The notes below the pieces were generated by a model. The model did not search any database. It had not been told where the DNA came from and was given only the letters and a program-made list of their open reading frames with translations. From the NCBI GenBank assembly GCA_013265495.1, contig MU058287.1:310001-374000 (forward strand): DNA of 64,000 bases, in the 5' to 3' direction. Both the position numbers and the translations under genes were made by a program. This DNA comes from Vicugna vicugna. Its lineage: Eukaryota. Positions 49,851 through 63,270 of the stretch are shown here, piece by piece (position 1 is the stretch's first letter; the number at the start of each line of letters is the position of its first letter).

Positions 49851-52800
49851 TGATGTTAGTACCTATCACATACATATCAGTGTGAGAAAATATATGTAAA
49901 TCACTTAGTACAGAACCTAATGATAACTATAGCAATAAAAATGATAATATGTACTGTCATTTTGAAGAAACAAGCGCAGAATATGCAAAGGTATTGGCAG
50001 TTCATCTGTGGATATTGCACAAGACCTGTCTCATTGAAAAGTTTTTACAAAACTATGCAATTTTACTTCTAGTTTTTGTCAAGAACCAGATAGACGGTCC
50101 AATTGTATTTTTTAAGCTTATAAGTATTCTGGGATCTGTTCTTGTGAGTAAAACAGTTCTTTTCCTTCTAGGAGATTTACCTTGTTGAAATTTTAAAAAA
50201 GCAAAACAAAACCAAAAAAAGAGAGAGAAAGTAGTGAAAAACACCCAAATCCACGACTTACTGAGAGAAGCCAAAGGCTGGCCTCATGAATAAACCTGAG
50301 TTATGGGGTTTTGTTCCAGTGGAGGGCTGGACAGGGAAGAACAACCCTCATCCTTTTGGTCCTTTTCCTATTTGAGTAATCTTCTCAAAACAGTTCTGTA
50401 TGATGAACGTTAAACGTTAAACGTTAAACTCTGTATACATTAACTCACTCCTTAAGTGGGAAACAGAGCCGTAACTTCCGGGGGTAGCTGCAAGGATTGT
50501 GTGATCGCTGCAAAGCCTTTACAGCTGTGCCTGGCACACAATAAAGTCAATAAACATCAGCAACTACTGCTTCTTCTAACGTCTGTGTTCTGTCGGCTAC
50601 GTTTCTAACTAGGCGAGGTGGGAGTGAGCATCACTATGTGAGCCAGGTGAGCCCAGTCGGCCTTGATGCAAAACAGCCCATTAGTGTCGCACTACCTGCA
50701 ATCCTGCTAAGTACAGATCAAAACCTGAATCTCAGATTTCACCCTCCAGTGCGAGGAGAAGCCACACACACGAGAGAGGAGACAGAAGGTTCGGACAAAT
50801 GCCAACAGTGATGCTCTCAGCAGCCCCCAAACCATCTCACCTGGCCTCTTATGAGAAAGGGTCCAAAGTGACTTCTAAGCTAGCACTGTAGCTCTGTCCA
50901 TTAGCGCAAAGACAAATCTAATGCTCTTTACCTACCCAAACAACAGCATGAACAGAAGCGACGTTCCCTCCTTTAGACACCAACATTCTTCCTTTGTTTG
51001 GCTATTTCTCTTATTAACCCAGTGAAAGTAACTGCTGGGAACTGCAGTCTTCTCTGAAAGGAGATCAGGAGAGAAGCCAAAAAAAGTCTTACCCTCTTCA
51101 CGGCGCCACTTGCTCCATATCCTCTCTTCCTCCACTACTTCATCCCTTCAGGGCTTTTGTGGATGCCTCCCTGTGGTGGCCTCCAAAAGCTGCTGAACAG
51201 GTCAGGACATTAACCACACTAGCCCCAGTGCCAAAGTCAGCCCCAGTTCCCTTCCTCCTCTTGGAACCTGCTCAGATATGCTATCCAGCCCAGCAGGGTA
51301 AACAATAAGCACCAAATGGAAGTATGGCCCACATAACCTGCCAGCACTGTGAAATTCCTGAAACTGCCTGCTACCTTGTAAAAATTAACAATACAAACAT
51401 TCTCCTGTTATCAGTTCAATCTGTTGCTGCCACAGGGAAATTTCAGTCCAAAACTCTGCCTGACTCTGTTTTCTTCTACTAACTCAGTTTCAGGCAGAAG
51501 AGGTGGTGTTGCGGGCCTTTGGGTGGAACCTGAGATCCTTCATCAGCAGCTGTACCTGGGCCATCTGCTGGTATAACTGACGCAGGGCCTCAGCACTGCC
51601 AAAGTTTGATCGTTTCAACCTTAAGACTTTCATTTCCCTCTTTTCTGAAATACCTAAGGATCAGCAGAACACATGAGAATATCACAGCACTGGCCTTAAT
51701 CCCACAAAATTGAAATGTACAAACAAAAGTTCCCAGCAATAATCTAAACATCAATTTCCATCCAAGGGCAGGTCCCAAGCAAAAGATTGCATGTCCCGGA
51801 ACCCAACACTTCCTCCTCTAGACACTTACTGCCATGCCAGCTGCAGACCATTGTAAAGATTTGCTGTCATCCAGGTCTACAAGGAAACAAAAAAATTTTT
51901 TTTTTACAAAGAGAAAGTCCTCTTTTTTTAGATTTCAGGATGCCAGTGAATTTGTACCAACTGTTAGAATTCAGGCCTTGGGAAGCTAGGAGGGAGAAAT
52001 CCTGTCTCAGGACACCAATTGTGACACTGTGTGCTTCTCGCCATGCTTTGCCTGCACAACTGAGCTTAGAGACACAGTCAAAACAGCAACTTAAAAATAA
52101 AAAAGATGAAAGATGTTCTGTTGCCCTCATTGCTAACTCTGCTGTTGCCAAGAGTAATCAGGAGTGAAAAGATAAAGCCATCAGTATTTGAACTTAAATG
52201 TTAAAATAATAATAAAGCCTATGGTCTCCCTAAGGTTTGTTTATAATAAAAATAATTTCTTGATCCTGGAAAACTTATCTGGTTTCTTTCTTCCTTTCAT
52301 TCCCCACTTAATGACTGAAGTTATTATTTCCATGGTGGTCTCCAAACCACACTTGGTTTCCATGTAGATTGGCATGTCACCTCCAACAATTTCACCAGCT
52401 GCCTTTTCCTCTCAAGAGAATATGATTAAAATATTAATCCAGCTTCTGGACTAATCTAGCAAAAAAAAAGTAATTATAAATCAATCTCCACATAGCATTT
52501 TACTCTCTGTAAAATGTGCAACGTGTCCTCATTTTATTTGTTATATAAAATAAACACTTTTCCTCCACAGAAAAGTGAGGAACTAGCAAAGCAGATTTAA
52601 AACATTTGCCTCTCTGCCCCTCTCCTGACTCCTTAAATCTGGAAACGGGACACCGCCAGCCCCGGTCCAAAATGTACGTTTCCAGTTGAGAAGAGAGGAG
52701 CTGGAGGAAATGACTAGGGGTTTAGGTCGTGCCACCCTGGCCACCCAGCTGCCTGATGGCGGTCAGTGACCTTTGCCAAAGCGCCCCAAGACTGAGGGCC

Positions 52801-54199
52801 TGCTCAGCAAGCTGACGCGGGCTTCTCTCAGCAGCGCTAATTCACCCGTTTGTCCTGCTGGCTGGAAACCATCCAGAATTGCAAATCCATCACTCAGCAA
52901 GCCTTCACTGAACCAGCCTCTGGGCCTAGCGTTGGGCTAAATCCTTGCTTTTGAGGAGCTTACAATCTAATTACTGTAATTAGAGACCAATTGAGTATTA
53001 AACTATGTGACCCTAAGTAGGAGTTTGAAGAAAACGGTCATTGTGGGCTGGAGTAGCTGTGGAAAGATTTCATGGAGCCTGCAAAACTTTGAAGGGAAGA
53101 GTAAAGTAATGCTTGAGGTTTATGAAGTTGATAAAATGTGCTTAGGATTAATAACAAAACAAAAAAACAAAACAAGACAAAAAAAACCACAACACTGTGA
53201 AGTCTCAAGATCACCTGAGGAGGAGATCCACCAGCAAAGACAGCAGATGCACTGGGTTCCCTGCACCATCCCACTAAGAAAATGGGATTCCTCTCAGGTC
53301 AGGAAGAAATTTAACCCTCCCTGAAAATGTTTAGCATTTGAATCAGGATGGTGACATTGCCCATATGACATACAAGTCAAGCTGACATCCTTAACTTAGG
53401 CCGCCAACATAGAAACGTCATTGAAAGAAGTGACTTTCTAGCAACGTCAGGACAAGTGGGATTAAAAGCTGAAAGTCTTCACCCGTGACGTCAGGAATAC
53501 TGATGGTGTGATAGGTCTTTTCCCAAAAAGTACTAACAGCCAAGAGAGATCATTAGTAATACCTTCTAGGATTAGGGTCAGAACAACCAAGCAGTAGAAT
53601 TCTGTTCCATTAATTTAAAAAAGTCATACTGTAGGTTTCAGTCTAAGTAATTAATAAAAATAACAATACTTTGTTTCTTAGGTTCCCTTAATTATTAACT
53701 TTGCCTTCATCTGCATATTTTAATTGAACTACGTGCACTACATGACACAAGTGTCTCTGGAGGGACAATCCTGTTTATCCAGTTCTTCCCATGATTAACA
53801 ACAGAACAGGTGGGCAGGGGTGAAAGCATTTTTCAACATGGCAAACTTGATTTTCCAGAAGAAAAACTGTCATGGCCCATTTTCTTCTCCCTCGTGGTTA
53901 GCTAACATCTGAAATCTTATCTCCATTATGTAAAACTGAAATGTATCTGTATCTCCCTTTTGGGAGGTTTTGTTTGTTTAAATGGAGGAAGAACAATCTT
54001 ACTGCAGTTCAAGTATCATTTGCAGGTCAGGTTTTCCATAAGGCAACTGGGGCTTTGCCTAAACTGATGCTTCTGTATAGCTCTACGCTTCAGCCTGGGA
54101 ACCGACAGCAAAGCACTGGAAAGTCGAAGGAGGTGGGATGGTCACTCAGCGCTGTGCTGTCAGGAAGCCCAGCCTCTTCTCTCCATTTAAACACTCTAA

Positions 54200-54405
54200 C
54201 TAGCACAGGGGACTATATTCAATATCTTGTAGTAACTTATGGTGAAAAAGAATATGAAAATGAATATATGTATGTTTATGTATGACTGAAGCATTATGCT
54301 GTACACGAGAAATTGACACAGCTGTAAACCAACTATACTTCAATTAAAATATATATATTATATATTATATATATAATACATACATAATATATTATATATA
54401 TATAA
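54200..54405 (+). mobile_element. Artiodactyl-type L1 3' end with an (AT)n tail
   Basis: agcacaggggactatattcaatatcttgtagtaac...ctatacttcaattaaaa; TSD aaa(c/g)actctaa at 54189-99 and 54405-15. Confidence 0.9.
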
Positions 54406-55129
54406 AAGACTCTAATGTGGACTCCACCACTCCCTCCCACAACTCCAGTTTTAAGGACTGCATCGGCACGTCCCAGGTATGGGTATAGGCTGCAGGCTCA
54501 GAGAAGCTGCTTCTCAGCCACCATCAGCTGGCCAATGAGTTTGTTATGCTGACCACAAGCCTAGGACTCCTCCAGACAGCAATCCAGCCCTCTGCAGCAA
54601 ACACGCATGATGAATGGTGTGGGCACACACCCATGGGCGTTCCCACGATCCTGCACGATTCCCTAAATGCTGGCTTGAACCCCACCCCTTCTCCTAAACA
54701 AGACAGGATGGCAGAATATTAAATGAGAGACAGTGGAATAGGGAAAGATTTGAATCTACTCTAAGGTATATTTTGAACAAAAATAAATAATTCATAGATG
54801 TTAGCACATTAAGGAAAAAATGGATTGAAACATTTCACAGAGTTGTGTCACCATGTTGAGAACTGCTGCCTTTGACACTAAGCTGCCCGGGACACCCGAC
54901 ACTTGTCACACAAGTCGACTGCAACTGATCGGTCTCGAGGGCTACCCCGCCTGGCTGCCGCCACCGAGCTGCCCTTTCTCCCCCGCGAACGGACCAACAT
55001 CTCTGACCGTCCGGAGTGATGACTGAGAGCACGCACTCTGGGCACAGCTCCCCTGAATTCCAATCCCCACTTCACGTTTTTGGCTCTTCATTAGGGCTGT
55101 TCACAAATATTCCCTTTCTCCTCCTCCTA

Positions 55130-55600
55130 AGGTGGATGGTGGGTTACATTTCCTGCCACCCTGAAGTCAGGTGTGTCTGTGTGACTTACTTGAATTCCTA
55201 TATGAGGAGAGATGAGTCACTTCTGGGCAAAAGCCAGTAAGCCCTCCTTTACTCGAATGGCCCAAGTCCAGCAGTATAGGAATCGCCTGGAAGCCTGCTA
55301 TAAACGCAGAATCTCAGGCCCATCCCAGACCTCCTGATTTACAATGTGCACTTAACAAGCCCTCGGTGATTACTGTGCACACCCGAGTTTGGGAAGCCCT
55401 GCCCTAAGGCTGAGAGCACTCCTTGCCATCTTCTCCCTGACACAGTGACTGATGACATTTCAGATGGTGGCTGAGCCCCTGGCCTGACCTGCCCTGCCCT
55501 GAGATGTACAAGAAGGGAAGCATGAGAGAATTAAACCTTTGTTTCAAGCCACTAAAATGCGAGGGCTGTTTCCAAGGCACAAACTAGCCCATTCTGACAA
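55130..55600 (+). mobile_element. Old MaLR LTR (MLT1I/J-like) with a nested MER5 (~55241-55405)
   Basis: LTR motifs tcacttctgggc...aaacctttgtttcaagccact; MER5 motif cctggaagcctgctataaacgcagaatctcaggcc. Confidence 0.7.
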
Positions 55601-55604
55601 ACGC

Positions 55605-55780
55605 GGTCACTTAGTGTTCTGCGACCTTGGGCAAGCTACTTGACCTCTCCGTACCTCAGTTTCCTCGGTGTAAAAGGGAGATTATAACACCACTGAGTCA
55701 AGGGTGGGTATGAGGATTAATGAGGTAACACATGAATAGTGCCTGGCACACATGCGATGTAAATGTCAGTTTCCATTACT
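55605..55780 (+). mobile_element. MIR SINE
   Basis: gaccttgggcaagctacttgacctctccgtacctcagtttcctc...gtgcctggcaca. Confidence 0.85.
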
Positions 55781-56487
55781 GACACAAATCTTGCCTAGTG
55801 ATGTGTGATTCCTGTCTCCTTACCTTGGTGACAGTAGGGTCAGAACCTTTGCCCCTGGCAATCCCCTACCCTAAACCACATGTACCCCAGGAATGCGTAT
55901 GAAGTCACTCACATCAGAAAGGGAATGGAAAGACTCCTTCTTGGAAATAAGTCGGGGATCTTAACTACAACCTGGCCCGAGCATCCCTTGCTTGGGTCTT
56001 CACATCACCGCCTTTCCCCTACTCTAATACTGCATCTGCTGCCCCTCACTCTCACCTGCCTTCCCAAATCCTACCTGCTTCTCAGGGCACAACTGGCGTC
56101 CCTCCTTCTCCATGAAGTTTGCCTCCAATACTTCTTTACGATGCAAGTTAGAATTGAGACATAGTATTTGTCCATTACACATAAGGCTTTGTTCTGAACT
56201 CCACGCTGGGTTAAAAAAAAAAAAACCCACCACCACCAAATACCTAATACGTGTTTTTGTCTTTCCCTCAGACTTCGTGTATTGTGATCCCAGTACCAAA
56301 CCATTACCAAACCTGATCCCCAAGAAAACTGGGGAAGGCACAGTGATGGAGATGGTTCGGAGATCATTTCTGTTGAGTCCTGGTTTTTAAGAGGGTCCAA
56401 TAGATTTCTGACATTACAGTAACTGTTCTTAACAGTGAAAAATACTTGAAAACATTTTCATATGATGACCATGAATAAAATGTATTG

Positions 56488-56493
56488 TTTATT
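56488..56493 (-). terminator. Candidate distal polyadenylation signal AATAAA for ADAT2
   Basis: tttatt on the plus strand, followed on the minus strand by U-rich tracts (tgttttcaagtatttttcactgtt). Confidence 0.4.
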
Positions 56494-56756
56494 CTAAACC
56501 CAAATAAAATGGTAAATTATCTTTTCCCCTTGCCACTCTCTGAAAGTGTATGTAAGGAAACAAAATATTCTAAGCCAGAATAAATATTTTAGTGTCTTGG
56601 ATCTCTCTTTCATATGTGTAAACCGACTTTAAAAAAGGAACCATGGTCCTGAAGCAATTCACCACAGCTGAACAATGAACCACATGATTCAGTTTCAGAG
56701 TCAAGAACTTGAATAAGCACCTTAGAAATCCAGCCTCAACATTTTACATTTTCTAG

Positions 56757-57052
56757 ACAAGGATGCAGCAAACATTTTCTTAAAGGGCCAGACACGGAAT
56801 ATTTTAGACTGTGGGAACCACAGGTCTCTGTCACCACTACTCAAACACAGAGGCAGCCCCAGATAATGTGAAAACAAGCGAGCCTGGCTGCGTCCCAATG
56901 AAACTTAATTTATGGACGCTGAAATTTGAATTTCATATGTCCACAGGTCACTAAAATCTCCTTTTGATTTCTTTCAACCATGCAAAAATGTAAAACTATT
57001 GTTGACTTGTGAGTGGTACCCAGACAGCAAGCTGGGTTTGCCAACTCCTGCT
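56757..57052. mobile_element. hAT-Charlie MER58B-like element
   Basis: cagcaaacattttcttaaagggccaga...aatattttagact...tttgccaactcctg. Confidence 0.8.
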
Positions 57053-58009
57053 CCAGACTGGCAAGTTCAAGCTTTTCTTCAACCACCCCACAAAATCTCC
57101 CTCGTAGTCATGGATACGTGGTATGGAGCCCAACAGTCACTTAAAGATCAGGTGAGAAATAATCCCATGAGCCTGTTTTTACTAGCTCAATTTGAAAAGA
57201 CATAAGACCCTAAAGATGTCAAACTTTCACCAGAACTTATGCCAGTCTCACCCGTAAAGATAACGTCACCCATCACCCCTTTCCTCACCACACATAATTA
57301 ACAATTTACAGAGTAAGAAAACAGCTGGCAGTTGTCTTCACAGATGAAGTCAATGTAGTCTCGTTCCTCAGCCAAAAGGCAGGGAAAGCAGTTCCTGATG
57401 CCTCTTCTCCCCAGGGCTATTCAAGGCCAGCTGATGCAAAACGACTGGGAAGGACAAACGCTGGCCTCCACGTGGAGTTTTTAACCAGGAACCTCACTAT
57501 TTAAAAAAAAAAACGCTTAATAATTTTTTTAAAGCCTTGGCTTTTGCTTTTTTTACAGACACATTTTGAAAGTAGCAGTGCTTAAAACATTTTAAGTCTA
57601 GATATCTCTATGGAAACTCAAGAGAACTCACATTTTATGGCCAAATAACTACCTACCTAGTGTTATACATCCTCTTGGATCACAACAGTCCTTCTGTGAT
57701 ACCAGAAACATCTTAGACCTATTTTTCCAAAACTCTACCTCAGATGTATAATTAAATTGATATAATTATTAGTTTTGCTGAGGAAAAGATCAGGAGAGAA
57801 CTTATTTCTGAGGCTTCCTTTTGATTTTTAAGACATCCCTATTTAAAATATTAGGAAAAGAATTTTGTAAATTTTGGCAGGCATGATACAAGAAGAACAC
57901 AGTCAAATAATGTAACAGTTGCTTTGAAATACATATCATGAATTTTCTTCCCCTCCTTTCTATGTTAAATACATTTTCTTTTTAAAATGCTAACAGTTCC
58001 TCTCCCCAG

Positions 58010-58690
58010 ACTGTATATTCACTGCAAGGGAGAAAAAAAAAAAAAACGGTAATTATATAGCAAAGAAATCAGGTAACACTTTCACTAAGTGACCAAAATT
58101 AACATCACCAGCGAGGGGCAGATGGCCTTTGGGTGCCTCCAGGTCTGATATTCTGAGAATAGAACATCACCTAGAAAGCATAACCTAAATCTAATTACGA
58201 GGAAACACTGTTATAAAAAAAGAAAAAGGAGGTGGTGCAGAAGGACTGTATTATTTTAAAAATGACAATGTCACAAAAGACAAGGAAAAGCTGTGGAAAT
58301 GTTCCAGAATAAAAGAAGCTACAGATATATGACAATCAAAGGCAATATCTGACCTTAGAATGGATCTGATATTATGGGAGGGGTTCTCTAAAGCATGTTA
58401 TAGGGTCAACTGTCAAAATTGGAATACAAATGGTATATTAGATAGAAGTATTATATCAATGTTAAATTTACTTAAGTCGATAACTATACTGTGATTATAT
58501 ATGAATTAAGAATGTAAGAGATATATAACTTTCAGAAAAATATTTTTTAGAGACAATAATACAGATCAACTGATAAAGCTAAAGATATAAAATATTAATA
58601 GGTTTAAAGAATAAGGGATGTGTGGGTATTTTTGCAACTTTTTTTCCCTAAGTTTGAAATTATTTCCAAATAGAATTTAAAGAAAAATGA
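58010..58690 (+). mobile_element. Old L1 3' UTR relic (L1ME/L1MC4-like)
   Basis: aagtgaccaaaattaacatcacca...cataacctaaatctaat...tatatcaatgttaaattt...ttttgcaactttt...taagtttgaaattatttcc. Confidence 0.75.
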
Positions 58691-60676
58691 ACAGTTCTTG
58701 CCTACACTGGAGTTCTTGGCTATCTACTTTCTCTCCATGATATTCCAAGCACAACACAGGAAGGGACGCTTGTGCCAAGTCACAAGAAAGCACAAAGATA
58801 TGTTAACATGATCTTTTATCGGTGATTGAAGCCTGCCAAAGCACTACACACCATCCATCCTCAGCAGAGTCCAATGTATACACCAGTAAACACTGGATAC
58901 TCCAGCAACTTAGATGCAATCATTTCCCATTAATTTCTCTAAACAAGGCTGTGATTCTAAAACCTTTGCACATCCTACAACTTGCAGAATCACCTCACAC
59001 TAAACAAGCCTCTCAGCTGGTCTCTTAGACACGCTCCCCCAGTATCAATCATTTGGATTCAATCTTTTCGATCTGGAGCATCTTAATATTTTAAGCCATG
59101 TCTAGGTAGCTTGAGAATGACTCAGGAAGCAAGATCACCTCATCATATAATATAGCTTCAGCCCTTTACCACCACTTCTTAACTGCTGTCAAGATCCCAC
59201 AGCCTTCATGTCCGTGACCCCACAATGGTCGTGGATCAGTGCGGGAGACGCTGACCTCCAATCTTCAGTACTCCATCCAAACTGTTCCCCAAAGCAACAG
59301 AGCTGAAGACCATGCCTAAGACCAAAAATTTAGGAGAGACTGTTCTGCAAGTCAATCACTGGGGAGAGAATCAAAAAAATAATTTTCAGCCATGCTTAGG
59401 AATTCAGAATTCTTGTCCATTCTCCAAAACACAGCAAAGACAGAACATAGGTATATTGGTAAGTCTTTTCTATCCTTCCCTCTTTATAGTTTTATTATTT
59501 CCTTGATCCTTTTAGTAGTGATCATCTCTGAGTTTAAATACCCAGATACTATTTTTGGCGTTGGCTTTTTATCCCACATAATCTCCTTATTCTTCATTTT
59601 CCCCTGAATTTCAGTAAGTATTTTTTCAACAAGTGTTTACCGAGAACCTACTTGACAGAAGATGCTTGGCTGGACTTACTGGGTGGTACTCTCCAGAAAA
59701 AGTTTCCAGGTCTTCTGTCTACAAATAATCCCTGAGAAAATGACATGAAGACAATAAAGTGCAGTGAAATCTGCCTGCAGAAAAGCATAAGGAGCAGAAA
59801 TGAATTATGAACAACTGCAAAAAGGAATAAACTAGTCAAAGCACTAAAATTTAATGAGATCATTTTTAAAGTAGGTGAAATTGAAGAGAAGGTACATATA
59901 ACATTATTATAGATTTAAAATCATGTATATTCTTCTCCATAAAACTTCTCAAATGCAGTCAGAAAACACACGTACCAAACCAAGCAATTATAAATCCTCT
60001 GAAGCATATAACTGTGATTAGCTGCTACCCTCGGCAATATAAAAATACTTTCACCACAATTACATTCCAGGCTGTAATGTAATTCAAAACAAACAAGTCA
60101 GAGACATTGCTCAAATGGCAGAACCAACAAATACAGATGCTTTGCATCAAGGAAATGAATCCACTGAAGAAATGCAACTGAGGAGCTGGGCTTCTGGTGG
60201 AACGGCGAGGCCCCCTTCTGGGCAGACGCGGAGCATCCCAGCAAGGCTCTGCAAAGCTTCAGTTCATCAGAGGCCACCCTTCAGTCAGGGAGCCTGAATA
60301 TCTGGAACTTCCTGCTGCGGATACCCTTTCCAGGGTGGTGTGCACACTTCAACATTTTAAATTCTAAATCTGGAGTTTTATAAAAAGATATAACTGTTTA
60401 ATTTCAGATTAAACTAATCATTCAATTCTGCAACCAGCATTTTCCCACCGCCAAATGGCACACCCATCTACCCAGTTCTTTGCCTTTTTGCCATGACTCT
60501 TATCACCCTCTAACGTACTGTGGAATCTGCTGGGTTCACTGTCTGTCTCCTCCTGCTAGAAAAGGAGCTCCATGAGGGCAGAACTCTTTGTTTTGCTCAT
60601 TGATTCAGTAAATAAACGGAGCCCAGCACAATACAGCTGCTCAGTAACAGAGAAGGAATTGTTCCATTTATGCGCT

Positions 60677-60682
60677 TTTATT
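60677..60682 (-). terminator. Candidate proximal polyadenylation signal AATAAA for ADAT2
   Basis: tttatt on the plus strand about 650 nt past the stop; U/GU-containing sequence downstream. Confidence 0.4.
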
Positions 60683-61333
60683 TTTAAGACTGTTCATCTT
60701 CAAAGAAGGCATAAATAAGGTTTTGTGATAGCAAGTGCTGTAATTTTAAAATGATACTTAAGCACTTGTTTTAAAAGTATATATTTTCTCTAAATGCTTT
60801 ATAAAAGAAAAATCTGTTCTAAGGACCACATAATCATGGTCTATATGCATACGATTCAGATACAATTTCCAAGGCAGTCACAGGCCCCCCTGGGAGAACA
60901 CAGTGGCTGCAAAGAATGAAGAGTCCGAGTCTGAAAGGCCAGGTCTGGAGCAGGTGTCCGCAGGGTGGCACACTCCAGGCCAGACACGTCAGGTAACCGA
61001 GTCTGGGCACATCCTCTGAAAGTCAGCACTTCCCTGGACTGAGCATAATTATTTTGGCAGGAAGAGCATGTACTGCTTACTAATTTACAAAACCTCAATC
61101 TTCACTACTTTTTCCCCTTCCTAAAATGTTCTTCCAGCTTGTGGAAAAGCTAAGAGTCGTTTACAACTGTCGGACTTTTTTAGAAGTGCTAATTTGTTCC
61201 CTTTGCAAAGCAAATGATAAGACACGATTTTCCCACGGGTCAAGGGCAATATAGAAATATATGATTTAACGATGTCAAGAGCTTTCAGTCCAAGACTGTC
61301 GTCCGGGGGCATGAGCCTTTCGTTAGAACAAGT

Positions 61334-61669
<336 letters not shown>

Positions 61670-61794
61670 TTAATACATCTCGTGGGCATTAGTAACATGG
61701 ATAAGTATATTTCCAAAAACATAAGGCGTACAGCCTCAATTAAACCTCACTCTCAATCAACTAATTATTATTTCTCTATCAACTACTACATGAT

Positions 61795-62000
61795 CATAGC
61801 ACAACTTACTAGCTATGTGATCTTGGGCAAGACAAGCTTTCTATGCCTCAGTTCCCTCATAGGTAAGATAAAGATAATTCTAGCAATCAACCCCTAAGGA
61901 TTTTCTTTATATCAAATGAGATTAAGTAAAATAACCCCTGATAAATACCTAGCATATCACAGATGCTCATTAAGCATTAAGCTATTTTTATCTGCTGTTA
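61795..62000 (+). mobile_element. MIR SINE in the ADAT2 intron
   Basis: acttactagctatgtgatcttgggcaag...tgcctcagttccctcat. Confidence 0.8.
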
Positions 62001-62034
62001 TTTACTGGTGGTGCATTAAGTGTCTGATTCTGTA

Positions 62035-62198
62035 GAGCGAGGGTTGGCAGTCCACAGCTAAAAGAGGTCAGTTAAGAATGATTTTTATATTTTTAAAGGG
62101 TTAAAAAAAATACATGGTAGAGACATAAGTGGCTCACAAAGGCTAAAATATTTACTATCAGGCTCTTTACAGAAAACATCAGTCAATCCTTACTACAG
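62035..62198. mobile_element. hAT-Charlie MER58A-like element
   Basis: gggttggca...ggctcacaaaggctaaaatatttactatcaggctctttacagaaaa. Confidence 0.75.
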
Positions 62199-62720
62199 AG
62201 GACTTTCTTGACGCATTCAGTTTGTTCTGTCTTTGGTATATAACTCAAGAGGAGATCGACATGTGAAAGAATAATTGTGATAATGGTAAGGAGATGAAAC
62301 TTAAACTTGCCTTAACGATAGAGAATATGTAAGGAGACTGAGCAGATCATGTCAGGGAAAGAGTAAGTATAAGTAGGTCGTGTGTGAGACCAGCTGACGG
62401 AGGTGGCGGTGACTATTAAGGGGGTATAAGCAAAGAAAGAAAAGCAATAAAACGAAGTCAAAATGTACAGGGCTTTGCAGGCTTGTCACGGGAGTTTGGA
62501 CAACGCTGCGCTCTTTGGAAGTGTGTGAAGTGATGTCATGAATGGCGATTCCAGGGAATCTGCCATCCGGAAGCAGCACCCAGGAGAAAACAGAGCCAGC
62601 GCAGGGCCTGGGAGCGCGGTCCACTCTCCGGGTGAGCCTCCCTTTCTCCTGTGCCTTCAGTCGGCTCTTTCTTAGGCCTGCAAAGCCCACATTAAACACC
62701 TCCATCAAAACAAATAACCT

Positions 62721-63270
62721 ACAAGTTCGACGTTTTTGGATTCCATGTGTAAGTTAGATCATACAGCATTTGTCTTTCTCTGTTTGACTTATCTCCCTTC
62801 CTATAATACCCTCGAGGCCCAACCATGTTGTTGAAAATAGCAAATTTCCTTCTTTTTTGTGGCTGAATAATATTCATATGGATAACACAATACGTATTTT
62901 TTCTTCGGAAGCAGAGAGTAGAACAGTGATTGCCAGAGGCGGAGGGGGTGGGGCAAATGGGGAGACTCTGGTCAAAGGGCACAAACTTTCAGTTATAAAA
63001 GGAGTTAAGTTCCAGGGACACAGGAACAGCATGGTGACTACAGTTAACAATACTGTATTGTCTACTTGGAGGTTGCTATGAGAGTGGAGCGTAAATGTTC
63101 TCACGATAACGTAACAACAAAATGGTAATTATGTACAGTGAAGGATGTGTTAACTAACATTGTGGTAAACATTTCACAATATATACCAGTATCAAATCAT
63201 CACATTATACACTTAAAGCTTACACAGTGTTATATGTCAATTATATCTCAATAAAGCTGGCGGAAAAAAA
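62721..63270 (+). mobile_element. 5'-inverted L1 (L1MA9-like); inverted part ~62721-62905, sense part ~62906-63270
   Basis: Minus-strand L1 segment joined to plus-strand gaagcagagagtagaa...tcaattatatctcaataaagctgg-An; TSD aaa(a/c)c(a/c)aataacct at 62707-20 and 63270-83. Confidence 0.85.

Larger units (their letters stand above)
56460..61333 (-). other. ADAT2: Probable ADAT2 3' UTR (extent uncertain; could end near 60660)
   Basis: Follows the stop codon. Minus-strand AATAAA at 60677-82 and at 56488-93, the latter followed by U-rich sequence. Human ADAT2 has a multi-kb 3' UTR. Confidence 0.45.
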
